Below, piece by piece: positions 52,107 to 64,000 of a stretch of 64,000 nucleotides of DNA. The translations under genes and the position numbers were made by a program. This DNA comes from Patellaria atrata CBS 101060 (taxonomy: Eukaryota). The notes beneath the pieces are model-generated. The model was not told where the DNA came from. It saw nothing but the letters and a program-made list of their open reading frames with translations, and did not search any database. How positions within the stretch are numbered: position 1 is the stretch's first letter; every line of letters begins with the position of its first letter. The stretch covers positions 248,001-312,000 of the forward strand of contig MU006112.1 in assembly GCA_010093705.1 (NCBI GenBank), read 5' to 3'.

Positions 52107-52755
52107 GCTCTGATCAGGATGGCCTGACGCGACGAGATGTATATAATGGAAGATTCATGATTAACAGGAGTTCAGGTCTGGGCGGATTGGAATAGCGGAC
52201 GCTGCATGCGATTTGGAGTTTAGGGTAGTGCGAACTGGGCTTTGGGAATTGGAAACGGCCTGTACATAATCATACCAGATGCTTCTGTAAGATTCTAGAA
52301 GCAAACACAGCATAGCTCAGAGAGAGCTGAACAAATAATTACATATCATCACTCGTATCATTGACCATCTTCTTGTTGTGCCGTGATGTCTCCAGTTGAT
52401 CTGTCCGGTGGCGTATATGAACGCTAGGACCTTCCCGGATAAGCGTAACGTAATAATTCTTGGTCAGCCCGTTCGATCTGTTCAGTCACGTGATATTAGT
52501 CGCACACTAGAACAAATCCTTGGTCCTTCTCCACCTCCAGCCTGTCCCTTCTTCTTCCTTATCTCTCGTATAACTTATAACTCCCCCTTCGTCCCCTCAC
52601 TCACATCATCAACAATCAGCATCAACATCACCCTCTCTTACTTCGACACTCATCCATCAAATTCAATCACATCGGACTCTCCGAATACCAGCTTCCTCAC
52701 CTACCAATCTACTTTCCAAACGCTTCTACAGCCGCAGCTCTGGCAAACCAACGAC

Positions 52756-53797
52756 ATGGCGAAAACCAATAATAGTAGAAATTCGAGTAGTAGTAGTAGA
52801 AGTTCCACCATGAAGGACAACACTCGTGCCAACGTTTTGGCAACCTGCTATACCGTCGATGCTTCTTCGACCCTCCTCAAAGCCTTCCACTACTCCACTA
52901 TGGGGGCTTCCGGGGCCGGGTGGCGTTCCTGAGGTGAGCTCTGTAAGTATTCGCCCTCCTGCAGCTATATCATGTACAGTGTGGTTTGCCTACGCCACTT
53001 CTGGACATTGCTCTATTGCAAGATATCTAGATCGAACCTCACTAACAACTTTCCAGGGAATACCATCCCCGCCTATAAGTCCCCCCCTCGCCGCCACCAA
53101 CCTTAATAAGGTTTCGCACAGCACGTCGCGAAACCTTTCGGCGCGCAGAGGGGGGGCCGCGTACACCATCACGGGAGAGTGTGAGAGACTCTTCTGCGAG
53201 ACACTGAGAGCCGTTTTCCTGGGTGAGGGGAACATGACTCCTTCAGACTCGCTTGTGACGGGTATGCCTGAATATTACAACGCCGATATCAGTAACAATT
53301 ATAGCAACAACATCGTCAGAAATGGACTTCCGACGCCACCTCAATATGCACACGCCCCAGATGGCTTCGTGGAACAGAGGGGCGTGGTGAAGGAGTGGTG
53401 TGAGATTTATGACTACGCGGGTGGCGCGCTATTCCGCGGTTTTACGACCGGGGAGGACGATGGGAGGACTCTTTTTGTCTTTTTCGACGAAAGAGTCACT
53501 GGTCGGGACCTTAAGCCTGGGTAAGTTCTCGTTACACTCCCTCCGTCCTTGTTCCCAATATAATGTGGTAACATAAACTCTCATAGTCTTATGGCCATTC
53601 TCGAACTCTGCGACACCCCCGAATTCAACTGCTCCCGCCTCGTCGTATCCCTTGACAGAGCTACCGAACAGACCGACATGAGACCGCTGATGCGGGATCT
53701 CGGCTGGGTGGGCTTTGAGCCTTCTACACTGGACCCCTGGACCAGGAACATAGAGATCACGAGTAAGAAGTGGTTCTTCATGAGTATGGATGTGTAG
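52756..53797 (+). CDS. OAZ1: Ornithine decarboxylase antizyme, expressed by +1 ribosomal frameshift, 2 introns
   Basis: ORF1 52756-52932 ends AFHYSTMGASGAGWRS-TGA. The +1 frame continues EVSS|GIPSPPISPPLAA, ITGECERLFCETL, EIYDYAGG, DLKPG|LMAILEL, LMRDLGWVGFE. Introns 52943-53056 and 53521-53586. Confidence 0.93.
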
Positions 53798-54909
53798 ATG
53801 TCGCCACCGCTCGTGCTCACTTTCTTTTGAAAAGTTTGCTCTTTCATCTTACCTGAATAAAACCTAAGTCAAAAACGGGATCATGCTTGGCGCCGACCCT
53901 ACGGTATTGAACCTAAGTCTCTCCGGCCGTTGAGGGATCTTAGTTGGAATTGTTTGTTTGCTTTACGATTATTTGCTTAGCTGCTTATCTGGTTTTGCTT
54001 GCAATCGATGTCATGTTTACCTGCTCATTTAATCGTGCGGGTCCACTTCTTTACTACTTTATCCACTCTGCTGCTTATTTGTCTTTCTCCCAATTTTCGA
54101 CACGGCCGCCCAGTTCCTCTCTATTTCATCTCTCAGTTCTAGCCAGCTCGGTTCTGCTTTGCGTTGCAATGTACGATTAGCTCCACGTCCATAGTAAACA
54201 GAATCCATTTTGCAGAAATTCATCACAACGCTGAGGTGAAATTCAAGTGAAATGTAAGAAGTTTGAAAATTAAAACCTAAAGATAGATAGACGGCTTTCC
54301 AGCTCGCCTGGTAAAGTTTCACAACGCCCTCCGTTTCCCAAGATAACAAAAACGAGAACCACCTATCGTCCCCCCTTTACCAGTCATTCCAACAAAAGAA
54401 CGGGGATGTTTACGCAATACACACACCAAGTAACCCTTAACTAGAATATGGAATTACGTCACGTTGGAATGATAGGTACCCAGAGTTGAAATAGCGAAGA
54501 AGAGATAAAACGACCGCTTTCCACCGAAGCAAAACCAACCCGGCAGAAGAAGTAGAAAACATAAGTTGGAAGTCGTAATGACGGAGAGGATTGAGGTGAT
54601 GGTAAGGATTGCGGTATATACGTGTGGTTGGGGCTATTGAGGATGTAGAGTGGCAGTTAACCCAACGGTTCGAAGTATGTTCGGGCGTGAGATGGTATAG
54701 ATGACAACGATAACGATAACGATGATAAAGCAGGTACGTGGGGTAAATGATGAACAATGTACGATGCTGGATAAGAGGTAGAGTGTCGTTCCTGAGCGTT
54801 ACAGTCGTTACAAATAAGGATACAGCAGGGTGTGTCTAGAACGATGCGCATGAATTTGAGTTACAGATCGACAATGGTGATAGGTATCGTTAAGTGGGAT
54901 GGAAGGTGG

Positions 54910-57900
54910 TTAAGATGGCGCCATGGTAAACTCCTCTTGGGCTTTATATTGCCTGAGCTCCTCGAGCGAAGCCGTCAGAGTCTTGAAAACGTCAGCCATC
55001 GGACACGCATGCGCGAGCATGCCTTCTGAGAACGGGCTGACGAGGTTGCGGAGGTATAGGGTATTTGCGCAGGTCTGAAGTGTGATTGTTAGCATACCGA
55101 TTTCCACAGTGGAGTGATGGGGGTGTAAAACTGACCTCGATCCTCGAAACCTGATGTTCCACAAAATTGAGCAAAAACCTATCTGTAATCTCGCCCCCTC
55201 TGTTCTTCAGCCTCTCTAGGAGAGCCGTCTCCGGGGCCTTTAGACTCGTCGAACCGGGGCTTTCGAGCACGGAGCACAGCATCTCGAGCCGCAGACTGAC
55301 GTTCCACAAATCCCACACGTTTTGCGTGTCGATCGTAAGTTGACTGTTAGGGGACTTGACGCCCACGCCACCGATGTCTTTATTGTCCTTCTCGGCCTCG
55401 GCGCGCTGTTGTTGTACCGCTAACCGACTTGCCAGCGCATGCGGGTACATGAGATAGATATACTCTGGATTCTCCAATCCTTTGAGGCGGCGCTCACCAA
55501 GGTCCTTGACCTCGAAGCCCTGACTACTCAACGACCGGAGCTCACGACGGATAGAATTACTGATCATATCATCCGTGACGGTATCGTTCGAGTCCACGCT
55601 CCCCGAGCGGTCGCTTTCAATATGCGTCTCGAGCAGCCTCTGAATCTCCGCAATGAAATCGCTTGAAACAGTGATCTGCCCACCATCCGCAACACTTGAA
55701 ATCCTCGACGCTCTATTGACCATCGGGCCGAAATAATCCATGCGCTTCGTGACGGGGTCAACTTCGCACACCGGGCTCCCCCAGTGGATGCCCATTCTCA
55801 CCGACAAGCCGCGGAAGATCACGTTGCCATCCGCATCATGGACCTCCTGGCCATTGACACTGTTGAGAATTTCCTGTGGCCAGGGAACATCGAGAAGCTG
55901 CGATTGAATAGTGAAGCACCATAATAGTGCGGAGGTGACGGTGGGGAAGGCCACCATGAAGGCGTCACCTTCGGTTTTGACTTCGTAGCCGCCGATGATG
56001 CGGAGTTGACGCCGCATGACTTCGTTGTGCATCTTAATGGCCGATCTCATGGGCTGGGGATATGTCTCCCACAGAATGGTGGAGTTCTTAATATCTGTGA
56101 ATACTAAGCTGACCTCGCCAGTCGGTGCATCGACTTCTTGATCGAGTCTCGCGAGTCTCTGATCTGCGGGCGCATCTCTGCCCCTCTTTCGTCGAGAAGT
56201 GAAGAATTCATCTGGGGAGCCGGTGGGACCCATGGACATGCTGTGGGTTCGGAAGCGAGCCTTTTCCCTACGTCTCAAATCGCTCACACCAACAATCATG
56301 ACCATGATCTTGCTCGTCGCACCGAAAGCAATAGCAAAGTCTCGTAGTTTCTGAGCGGCTCGCATAAGGTCGCCACGTTCAGAGCGTGCGACATCCACAG
56401 CAAAATCCGGAGTTAGATAATCCCAAAGCTCTCGAGAAGCGAGAAGGATCATCTCATCAGAGTCTGTGAGCGTGATTTGCGATACATGAGGTGCTGCAAT
56501 TACGGCTGGAGACATCTGGAAATATCCAAACGCCCTGGATACTTCAAGAACATCATTTAGTTTTCCTTGTCGAGAAACGAATCCACCAGCCTCTCGGATA
56601 CGTGCGCGCTCTCCAGATTCTGCTGGGTCGTGCTTGCGAGTAATGACGCTGTAATTCCCTTGAGTATGGATGAGGAGTCCCTGAGTATCGCCTACGTTTG
56701 ACACGTAAAGATCCATCTCTTTTAGGAACAAAACAGTAGCAACACTACCAGAATTCAGGTCATCTTCGGCTAGTTCCGGGAGAGTGTTGACGGATCCGCG
56801 GTGACTTTGAGCAACTGAATTATTCTTTTCATTCATTTGCAAAGCCGCCGTTGCCAGATCCTTGTTGAGCCCAAGGTAAGTCCTCCGTAAAGCATCGGCA
56901 GCTGTTTCTTCATGGCGTAGCTTCTCTAGTTCATCACTGAACCGATTCTTGAAATTCTCATATAGGTATTTCGCGATCTTCGATCCTCCGTTTGACAAAG
57001 CTTGCCCATCGAACATTCCAAAAAGCGACTCGTCGTCATGACTTCGGAATCGAGGGATAACTAAATCCATTGTCGAAAGATGCTCGTTACGTCCTAAGCT
57101 ATCTGCCATTCCATATGACATGCTACCGATAGAGGAGCCCGCGGTACGGATTCTTCGATCCTCATATTGGTCCGGTACCGAAGAGACCATGAGAGTAACA
57201 TCCATTAACCCTAAGATACGAAGATTCGTGAGTGACGTGAAATCGGTAAGATCCTTTCCCTCTCGTGCAGAGTTGTTGAAAGAACCACTTGGTGGCTTGA
57301 TCTCCAATCTCTTGTTACCAGAAAGGTTTAGGTACTTGAGATTGTGGTTCCAATTCCAATTCCAATCATACGGCCAATTGGAGACATTGTATTTTAGCGA
57401 ATTGCTTCCGACGTCTAGAACTGCTAATTTGGCTACTTTTCCGAGCTCTGCGGGTAGGACTTGAAACTTATTACTGTTGATGTGCAGTACTTTGAGTGAA
57501 CTGACGTCCTCCAAGTCTTCAGCAGGTAAAGAGCTTAAATCATTACCGGATAGGTAAAGTTCTGAAAGGTTATGCCATCGACGTAGCGTACGAGAAGGAA
57601 TCTCATAGAGGTTATTATAGGACAAATTTAGTATCCGCAGCTCGTTAAGTAACGCTAGCTCATCGAAGACATCATCGGTAAGCCTATTGTCTGCGAGAAA
57701 GAGATGGCGCAAAGAGCCAGCAAAAGTACTTGCCGTCCGGTTCGAGAAGCTGGAATCCTTCCTTGTTATTGGGATTACAGTGCCTTCTGTCGGCGTTCGG
57801 ACCACAGACGGTTTTCGACCACTAGCTCCGTACGCTGAAGCGATAGATCCCTTTCGTTGGCTGCCTTGTGATGAGCCGCCCATAGACAGCATGCCAGAGC

Positions 57901-60900
57901 CGCCAGAAGCTTGACTTGGTCTACGAGCAGCAAAATCCTCGAGTCTTCCTAATTCATCCATACTCGGTCCATTAGTTCCAGGTGTCGATGCTGGCGTACC
58001 ATCCAGATTGTTCAGATCTCCAGTCAGAGCCGGTCCCGGAGGGCCAGGTTTTGGAAATTCATCCAGGACGTTAGAAGATACATTCAACGTTTCCAGTCTC
58101 CGACAATACCATATATCGGGAGGTAAGGATTTGAGATTGTTCTCTCGAACGTCAAGATATCTCAACTCCACTAGGCGACCAACCTCCGCGGGAAGACTAC
58201 TAAGAGAGTTGCGTACTATACTAAGGTGCTCCAGTCTAATAAGCCGTCCAGCATGCGGTGACAATTGTGTAAAATGGTTTTTATCCAAAATCAATTTAGT
58301 AACTCCCGTCATCTTGTGGAAAAGATCGTCCGGAAGCTGTACGAGCTTGGCCGATGCCAGATTAAGGAAAGAGAGAGTTGGAACAGGGCTAGTGAGTCCG
58401 AACCGAGTGACAGGATTGTGGTCTAAAGAAAGTAGACGAATCTTTGAAAAGGAGCCCTCGAACTGAGAGATAGAGTTATGTCCAATCATGAGTGACTCTA
58501 ATTTCGGAAGCTGAGACATGACATCGATGTTATCGATTGCGTTGAAACGGACATCTATTTCTCTCAGCTTCTCCAACTTACTAAGAGAAGCAGGGAATGA
58601 TCCCGTCAGTTTGTTGTTCGTAGCCCAGAGCCTCTCCAGACTTTTCAGACTTCCGATCGTGGGTAGGCTGCTTATAGAGTTGAAACTAATATCTAATTCT
58701 ACAAGTCCAGGAAGGTCGCCTAAGAAGTCGGGAAACTCTTGCAGTGAGTTTGACGATAAGACTAAACGTCTCAAATTCCTGTATTGGCCGAAGTAACTCG
58801 GAAGCCTATTCAGTCTATTATTCGCCAAATGCAAGCTAACCAGACTGTTGAGCTTCTGCAATTCAGCGTGTTCGAGTTGCTCAAGTCTGTTATTCGAGAT
58901 ATCCAGAACAGTCACCCGAGATGCTAGACTAAAGCTAGCAGGTAACCTCCACGCGTCATTACTGGTGTACTTTATTTCTCGAAGGTTTGTACACGCCTGG
59001 ATAAAGTCCTTCGGAACATCGAGGGCTAGATTCCGAGACAAGTTCAATGAAATAATTTCCGTTGCTTTTTGGTAAAGAATTATCGGAATTGTCACGAGAT
59101 TCCGCCCTTGTAGATCAATGTGACTGAATTTTTGCATCTTATTGAAGCCGGGATCCCGCTCAAGACTGGAATATCCGGTCAATTTTGCGGGCAGAAAGGT
59201 GAATCGGCAAAGGTAACTGTTGTCTTCTCGTCCGACATCTTCAATACGATCAGCTTCCGTGTATCCAGCTTGTTCTAACAGCCGTTTCTGAATCACTAGC
59301 GGCCTTTCCTGGGGTTCAAGTTGGCGTGACGTGTCATGCTTTCGCATCACGATATGGTAATTGTCTAGTTCATCCTGCAATAGAGTTTTCTTGCCAAGTG
59401 TCTGGATGATCTCAGCTACCGTGGTGTTCAATCCAACGGAAAGAGTTGCAAAGGTTGAATCAGCCCGAAACACGCGAACACAATAGGGAGGCCCTGTGTT
59501 TGCTTCCTTCATAACTCCGCTACTCTCGTCTAGCTCTCGCATGCGGTTGAGATTATCTTGCCCAGCTCTTTTCACCGCCCAAGAATCAGGTGCATCCCAT
59601 GCCGCCGTTGCAGGGTCCCTTTTCTCAGCTTCATTAGCTTGTTCTTCAGTACTGGGCCAGCCATCAAATATTTCTTTTGTAGGAGGCGTCATGGGGGGCT
59701 GCTGTGTGTTAATGATACCTTCCATTCGAGACAGATCGGTGTCTAGTCTCCACAGTGAGTCGTGGCCCACTGTATTTGCAATCGCTTCGTTGGGGTCTTT
59801 CCTTGCAGGTGGTTCGACATGTCCATGCTTGGAGGTTTTGGACGAGAAATGAATTCTGCCATGTTCGCGCTTTGAGGATTCCTTTGCGCCGGGTCCGTTA
59901 CCACGATAACCCCCGTTACTATCGATTCCGTCCCGCTCTTTTCTCTTCCCGTGGCGTTGACCTGCATCCGGAGCTTTGAGGCCTTTGCCAGATTTCACTG
60001 ACGGAGCAAGGGAGCCGGTTGACGATGGGAGCTCCTTCAGTGATTCATTTGGGGTACGCTCTTTATCCTTCGCCCGGCTTCGAATTTTATCGAAAATTGA
60101 CCTTTTTCCATGCTCCGGCGCAATGGGGGACCTTTGCGTTACGGTATTCCGGCTCATTGCGCTGTTCAAACTCGGAGTTGGACTGGATGATCGTGGCAGG
60201 AGCGTGGACTTACTGCTCATAGCAGAGCTCAATGAGGAGGGGAAATGCGGTTTGGTGCCATAGGAGGAATCCTCTCTTGATACAACAGGTCTACCTTGTG
60301 CACCTTGACCGTGGTCAACGCCTTTATTATCGTCCTTACTCCGATTGTGTCGATGACCAGGTAGATGAAGTTTGTGGTGATGCGAAGTCTTGGAAGATTT
60401 AATTGAATTATGGTCAGAAGCATAGCCATAGCGAGGACTATCATTTTGGGGTGGTTCCTGCATGCAGAGAATTAGAAGATGTCGGGAGAGCATACTTCCT
60501 AGGCATCGACGACTGAGACATGAATGTTGTTCGTTGCACGCGGAAAGCGCGTATCATCGAGCAGGTACACCCCTCAAACGATTGGAAAATCACACTTACC
60601 TTGTCTTGATACTCCCACGGGGTCACCTCGCTGGATGGTAGAGGGGTTCGTGGCCTTGATGAGGTGGGAGATGCCGGCCTGCTATCAATGTTGCTACTAC
60701 CTAGCGTGTTGTTCAACGAATTATTTCTATTCCGAATCCGCTGCGATGAGTTCTCGGAGGTAGAGTACATGGCGTTTGGGGGCAGGCTAGTATCAGAGTT
60801 CTGACGAGAATCAGAGCCAGGGTAATCCTCACCAAAGAAGCCTTGCAGTTTCTTGTGGAAATTCCGCCCTATGCTCGACTTCGAACCAGAACTACTGACT

Positions 60901-61717
60901 GTTGTCGCGCTCGCAACAGATGGCCGTCTATTGTCACCAGCGAATCCATTCTCATCAGTCTTAGCTGTGCCCGGACGGAAACCAGGAGACAATTGGCCCA
61001 CATCTTCCGACGAGTCGTTATAAAAGCTGCCGATACTGCCGAAAACGCTGGTCGGCATTACAGAGGTTCCGTTACCAGTAGCCCAAGGAGGTGTTGGAGA
61101 CGTTGCCGTAGGAGGGTGACGCGAGATTGATGGTACTTTTGCTCCAGAGGTTTCGAGAACAGCCAAATCTTTGCGATAATTCCCAAAACCCGCAGTCTCC
61201 CAAGGAGCAATAACACTGGGCTTCGTATTGGGAAAAGGAACGGCCCTGTTAGGGGTAGTCGATCCTGGAGATATCTCGCTGTCTTTGTCGAGCCTGTCTC
61301 ACGCCATTAGCCACCATTTAATTCGAAAAGGAAACACCGAGTCGCGCCACAAAATTCAGAAAGGGTGATCTTGCGCCAAATAACATCATCTACACTGCTC
61401 TGGAGGGTGTGTTCCTGGTCTCCACAGTTCCGCACAGGTATCTACACTGCGCGATTTGACCGCGATATGCGGCTACCCGATCCAAGGCGCAACCTCGCAG
61501 CATTCGGTAGACTGATAAAGCACCTTCTTTGTTGTGAACGCGCATAGCGACCAAGTGCCAAAAGAAATTGTTTCACATACTGTTTTTCTTTACTCGTCCT
61601 GACTTTTACGGGAGGCCGGATGCGTCCTGCGATCGAAGCCCTCACAGTCTCACCCGACCTCCAGCTCTCAGAACTCTCACTAGATCCATGACGACCGAAA
61701 TTCTCCTTCCTCGTCAT
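54910..61717 (-). CDS. CYR1: Adenylate cyclase (Ras-association, LRR, PP2C-like and catalytic domains), 3 introns
   Basis: VRVFRADSTFATL, LRR array, VSRAFG, LVFTDIKNST, YEVKTEGDAFMV, MDYFGPMVNRASRI. First intron 61294-61580. Confidence 0.96.
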
Positions 61718-63027
61718 TATCGCCTAGCTATCTCCCTATACTGTATGCTCCGCGAGATGGGTTCCAAAGGGGGGGAGGGGCGGCCCGTCGAGGGTACGGC
61801 CGGGCGGGCGATTGACGACTCGGTTGAGGGAGCGTCAGAGAAGCGTTCGCCGCACAATAATCGGAGTAAACATCGGCCTGGTGGTAGGTCGCAAGATGGT
61901 TACGTATAGTATAACGAAAGAGATCTTGAATTCTTGTGGTTGGGGTCGAAGGTTGTTCGGCCTGTGCCAGCAGGGCTCTAGTGGTTCCAGTCGCTTTCAG
62001 TTCAGATGTGCCGGGAGGTGGTGCTGGCAGGTTTAGGTCAAGGACAAGGCTAGCCGAAACGAGACAGCTCGTGATCGTCTTTCCTCTTCTGTCTGCGCGA
62101 TGTTGGTTGTTGGAGTACTGTATTAGAAATCCGCTATACTGTACAATTCAAAAGATGTTGGAGTATAAGGGATGGGCAATAATGCTATCGCTGGGATTAG
62201 TGAATCGCTGGGATGTTCTGCGGTTATTCAGCGTGAGTAGTTCTATGTAGTGGGAGATGAATCAAAAGCAGTTCAAAGCCTACGATCACGAGTTCTAGGC
62301 CCAAGTCTATGGTGCCCCCGTATCTTTATTATCCTCCATGTCACCACTTTTGTCCGCCTTCTTGGCCATGATTACTTTCGCCACAAACCACTTCAGTCTG
62401 AACATCAATCCATCATCTCAAATACCTTATGGGTTTGGGATAAAATGGGATTCGGTATCTTCTTATAGACAGTTACTGATTTTAGCTACTGTTATCCCGA
62501 GAAATCTCTCCACATGTTTTGTCTCAGTTTTATCCTCTGGCTTCAGAGTATAAAACAGTTTTCTATGTAAGATTGAGAGTAAGGTACTGTTTCCTTCAGC
62601 GCTCCTTTTCTCCGGTTCAGATTTACTTGGAATATATTTCATCATGAAAGCCGAGGATAATGGAATTTCGTACATTGACAAGAGTTGTTGCATCAAACAT
62701 AATCCGCGCTGTAAACCAAATATATGACTCGAAAAACTCAGAACCAGTCATCCAGATTTAGTCTCCTAGTTACACCAGATCGCGGCACCTACAGTACTGA
62801 TAATACATGTTCAAGGAACCTTGAGGGCATGTATGCATTCACATCAACGGGAGACGTGCAGGTCACTGCAGTGAGAGGAGCAGTCACGTCGCGGGGTGTA
62901 TTCTTGAGGCCAATAGATGTTTCCAGGGCCGGATCGGAAAGTAGAGCTACTATAATGACGAGGGGGATGAGAGAATGCCTTTTGTTAATGTTATTCGGAC
63001 GTGTCACTTTTATCTGAAAAGAGTATT

Positions 63028-64000
63028 AAGGTTGCCGCTGATATATGTCATGCTTTTAGGGTCGACGAAGGTGGCCTATTCCGCACGACAATTTACCGTC
63101 CAAACCTGCGGCTTGTTGCAGAATCCACTCAGAATAAACAAGCGAAATATGAGAAGATCTTCGCCTTCTTAAGGAGAGATCCCGACGCCACGATCATTTA
63201 TGTCACCCTTCAAGAACAAGCTGAATCACTTGCGGGTGATCTTGTTCAAAATGGGTTCAAGGCCGAACCATTTCATACAGGGCTGCAGACCAATATCAAG
63301 ACGCAACTCCAAGAAGAGTTCATGCGGCGAGATGATCTCGTTGTCGTAGCAACCATCGCCTTTGGCATGAGCATTGATAAAGCAGATATCCGCAATATTG
63401 TTCATCTTGATCTTCCATATAGCTTAGAAGGCTACAGTCAGGAGATAGGGAGAACTGGACGTGATGGGAAACTGAGTCAGTGTCTCTTCTACCTCTACCA
63501 GGAAGATTTCTATATCAAGGAGAACTTTGCGAGGGGCGACCTACCGTCTAGAACATCAGTCTATAATATCTTATCTAGCATTTTCAGTTCGCAAAATATA
63601 AATCGGAAGGTTGGCGAAACTATAGACTTTAGTCATTACCAGCAGTCACAAGAGTTGGATATCCGGGTAAGCAATTTTCTCCGCTTTTGTGCTCATAATC
63701 TTGCTCAGTCGCCTCTAATTATGTTCAAGTCTCTTCTTTAACGAGCTTGCTTCGATGAATTTCAGCTGACTCAACCAGCCTAATACACTGAGTATTTTAA
63801 ACACCCAGTTAGAGCTTCATTGCGGACTCATTCGCGCTACGACAGCCACATTCTCCTCCTATTCATACATCAAAAAGCCTGCATATTACGATTTCTCGAG
63901 AAGTGAAAACTCCGCAGCGATGGGAGCTATCAACACCTATTCTGTCGCTAAGATCAAATGGTGTCACATTGACGTTGAGCACACGGCTAGACTTCGTGGA
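63028..64000 (+). pseudogene. 5'-truncated RecQ-family helicase (second RecA domain onward); continues beyond the window
   Basis: YRPNLRL, TIIYVT, VVATIAFGMSIDKADIR, YSQEIGRTGRDG, then after an intron QLELHCGLIRATT. No Walker A/DEAH domain is visible upstream. Confidence 0.7.

Noticed and set aside
62463..63007. Small minus-strand gene from two short ORFs upstream of the RecQ fragment
   Set aside because: No recognisable domain and no convincing in-frame splice junction.
1..64000. tRNA genes or intact transposons
   Set aside because: GGTTCGA-like hits do not form cloverleaves; no transposase, reverse transcriptase or LTR pair was seen.

Overview
Gene-dense region of a filamentous ascomycete (Pezizomycotina) genome, with short GT-AG introns and CTRAC-type branch points. 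About 20 protein-coding genes can be supported: gatB/PET112, methionyl-tRNA synthetase, an Rds1-like ferritin-domain protein, a GPI protein, VAC7, SWE1, an epoxide hydrolase, an MFS sugar porter, NEDD8, Elongin A, THOC7/MFT1, tubulin cofactor A, MCM4, MSH2, an FAD monooxygenase, a GT1 glycosyltransferase, MPE1, ornithine decarboxylase antizyme and adenylate cyclase. There are also two decayed genes (F-box-like, and a 5'-truncated RecQ). Most notable: (1) an intact 5S rRNA gene inside a gatB intron; (2) most long introns read by eye as nested fold-backs, the clearest being a ~300-nt rod in a MetRS intron beside a 4-nt microexon; (3) the antizyme UCC-UGA +1 frameshift site with an intron just downstream; (4) a 336-nt stop-free in-frame intron in VAC7; (5) a degenerate ~206-236 bp tandem repeat. 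All structures and homologies were read by eye; no folding or database searches were run.
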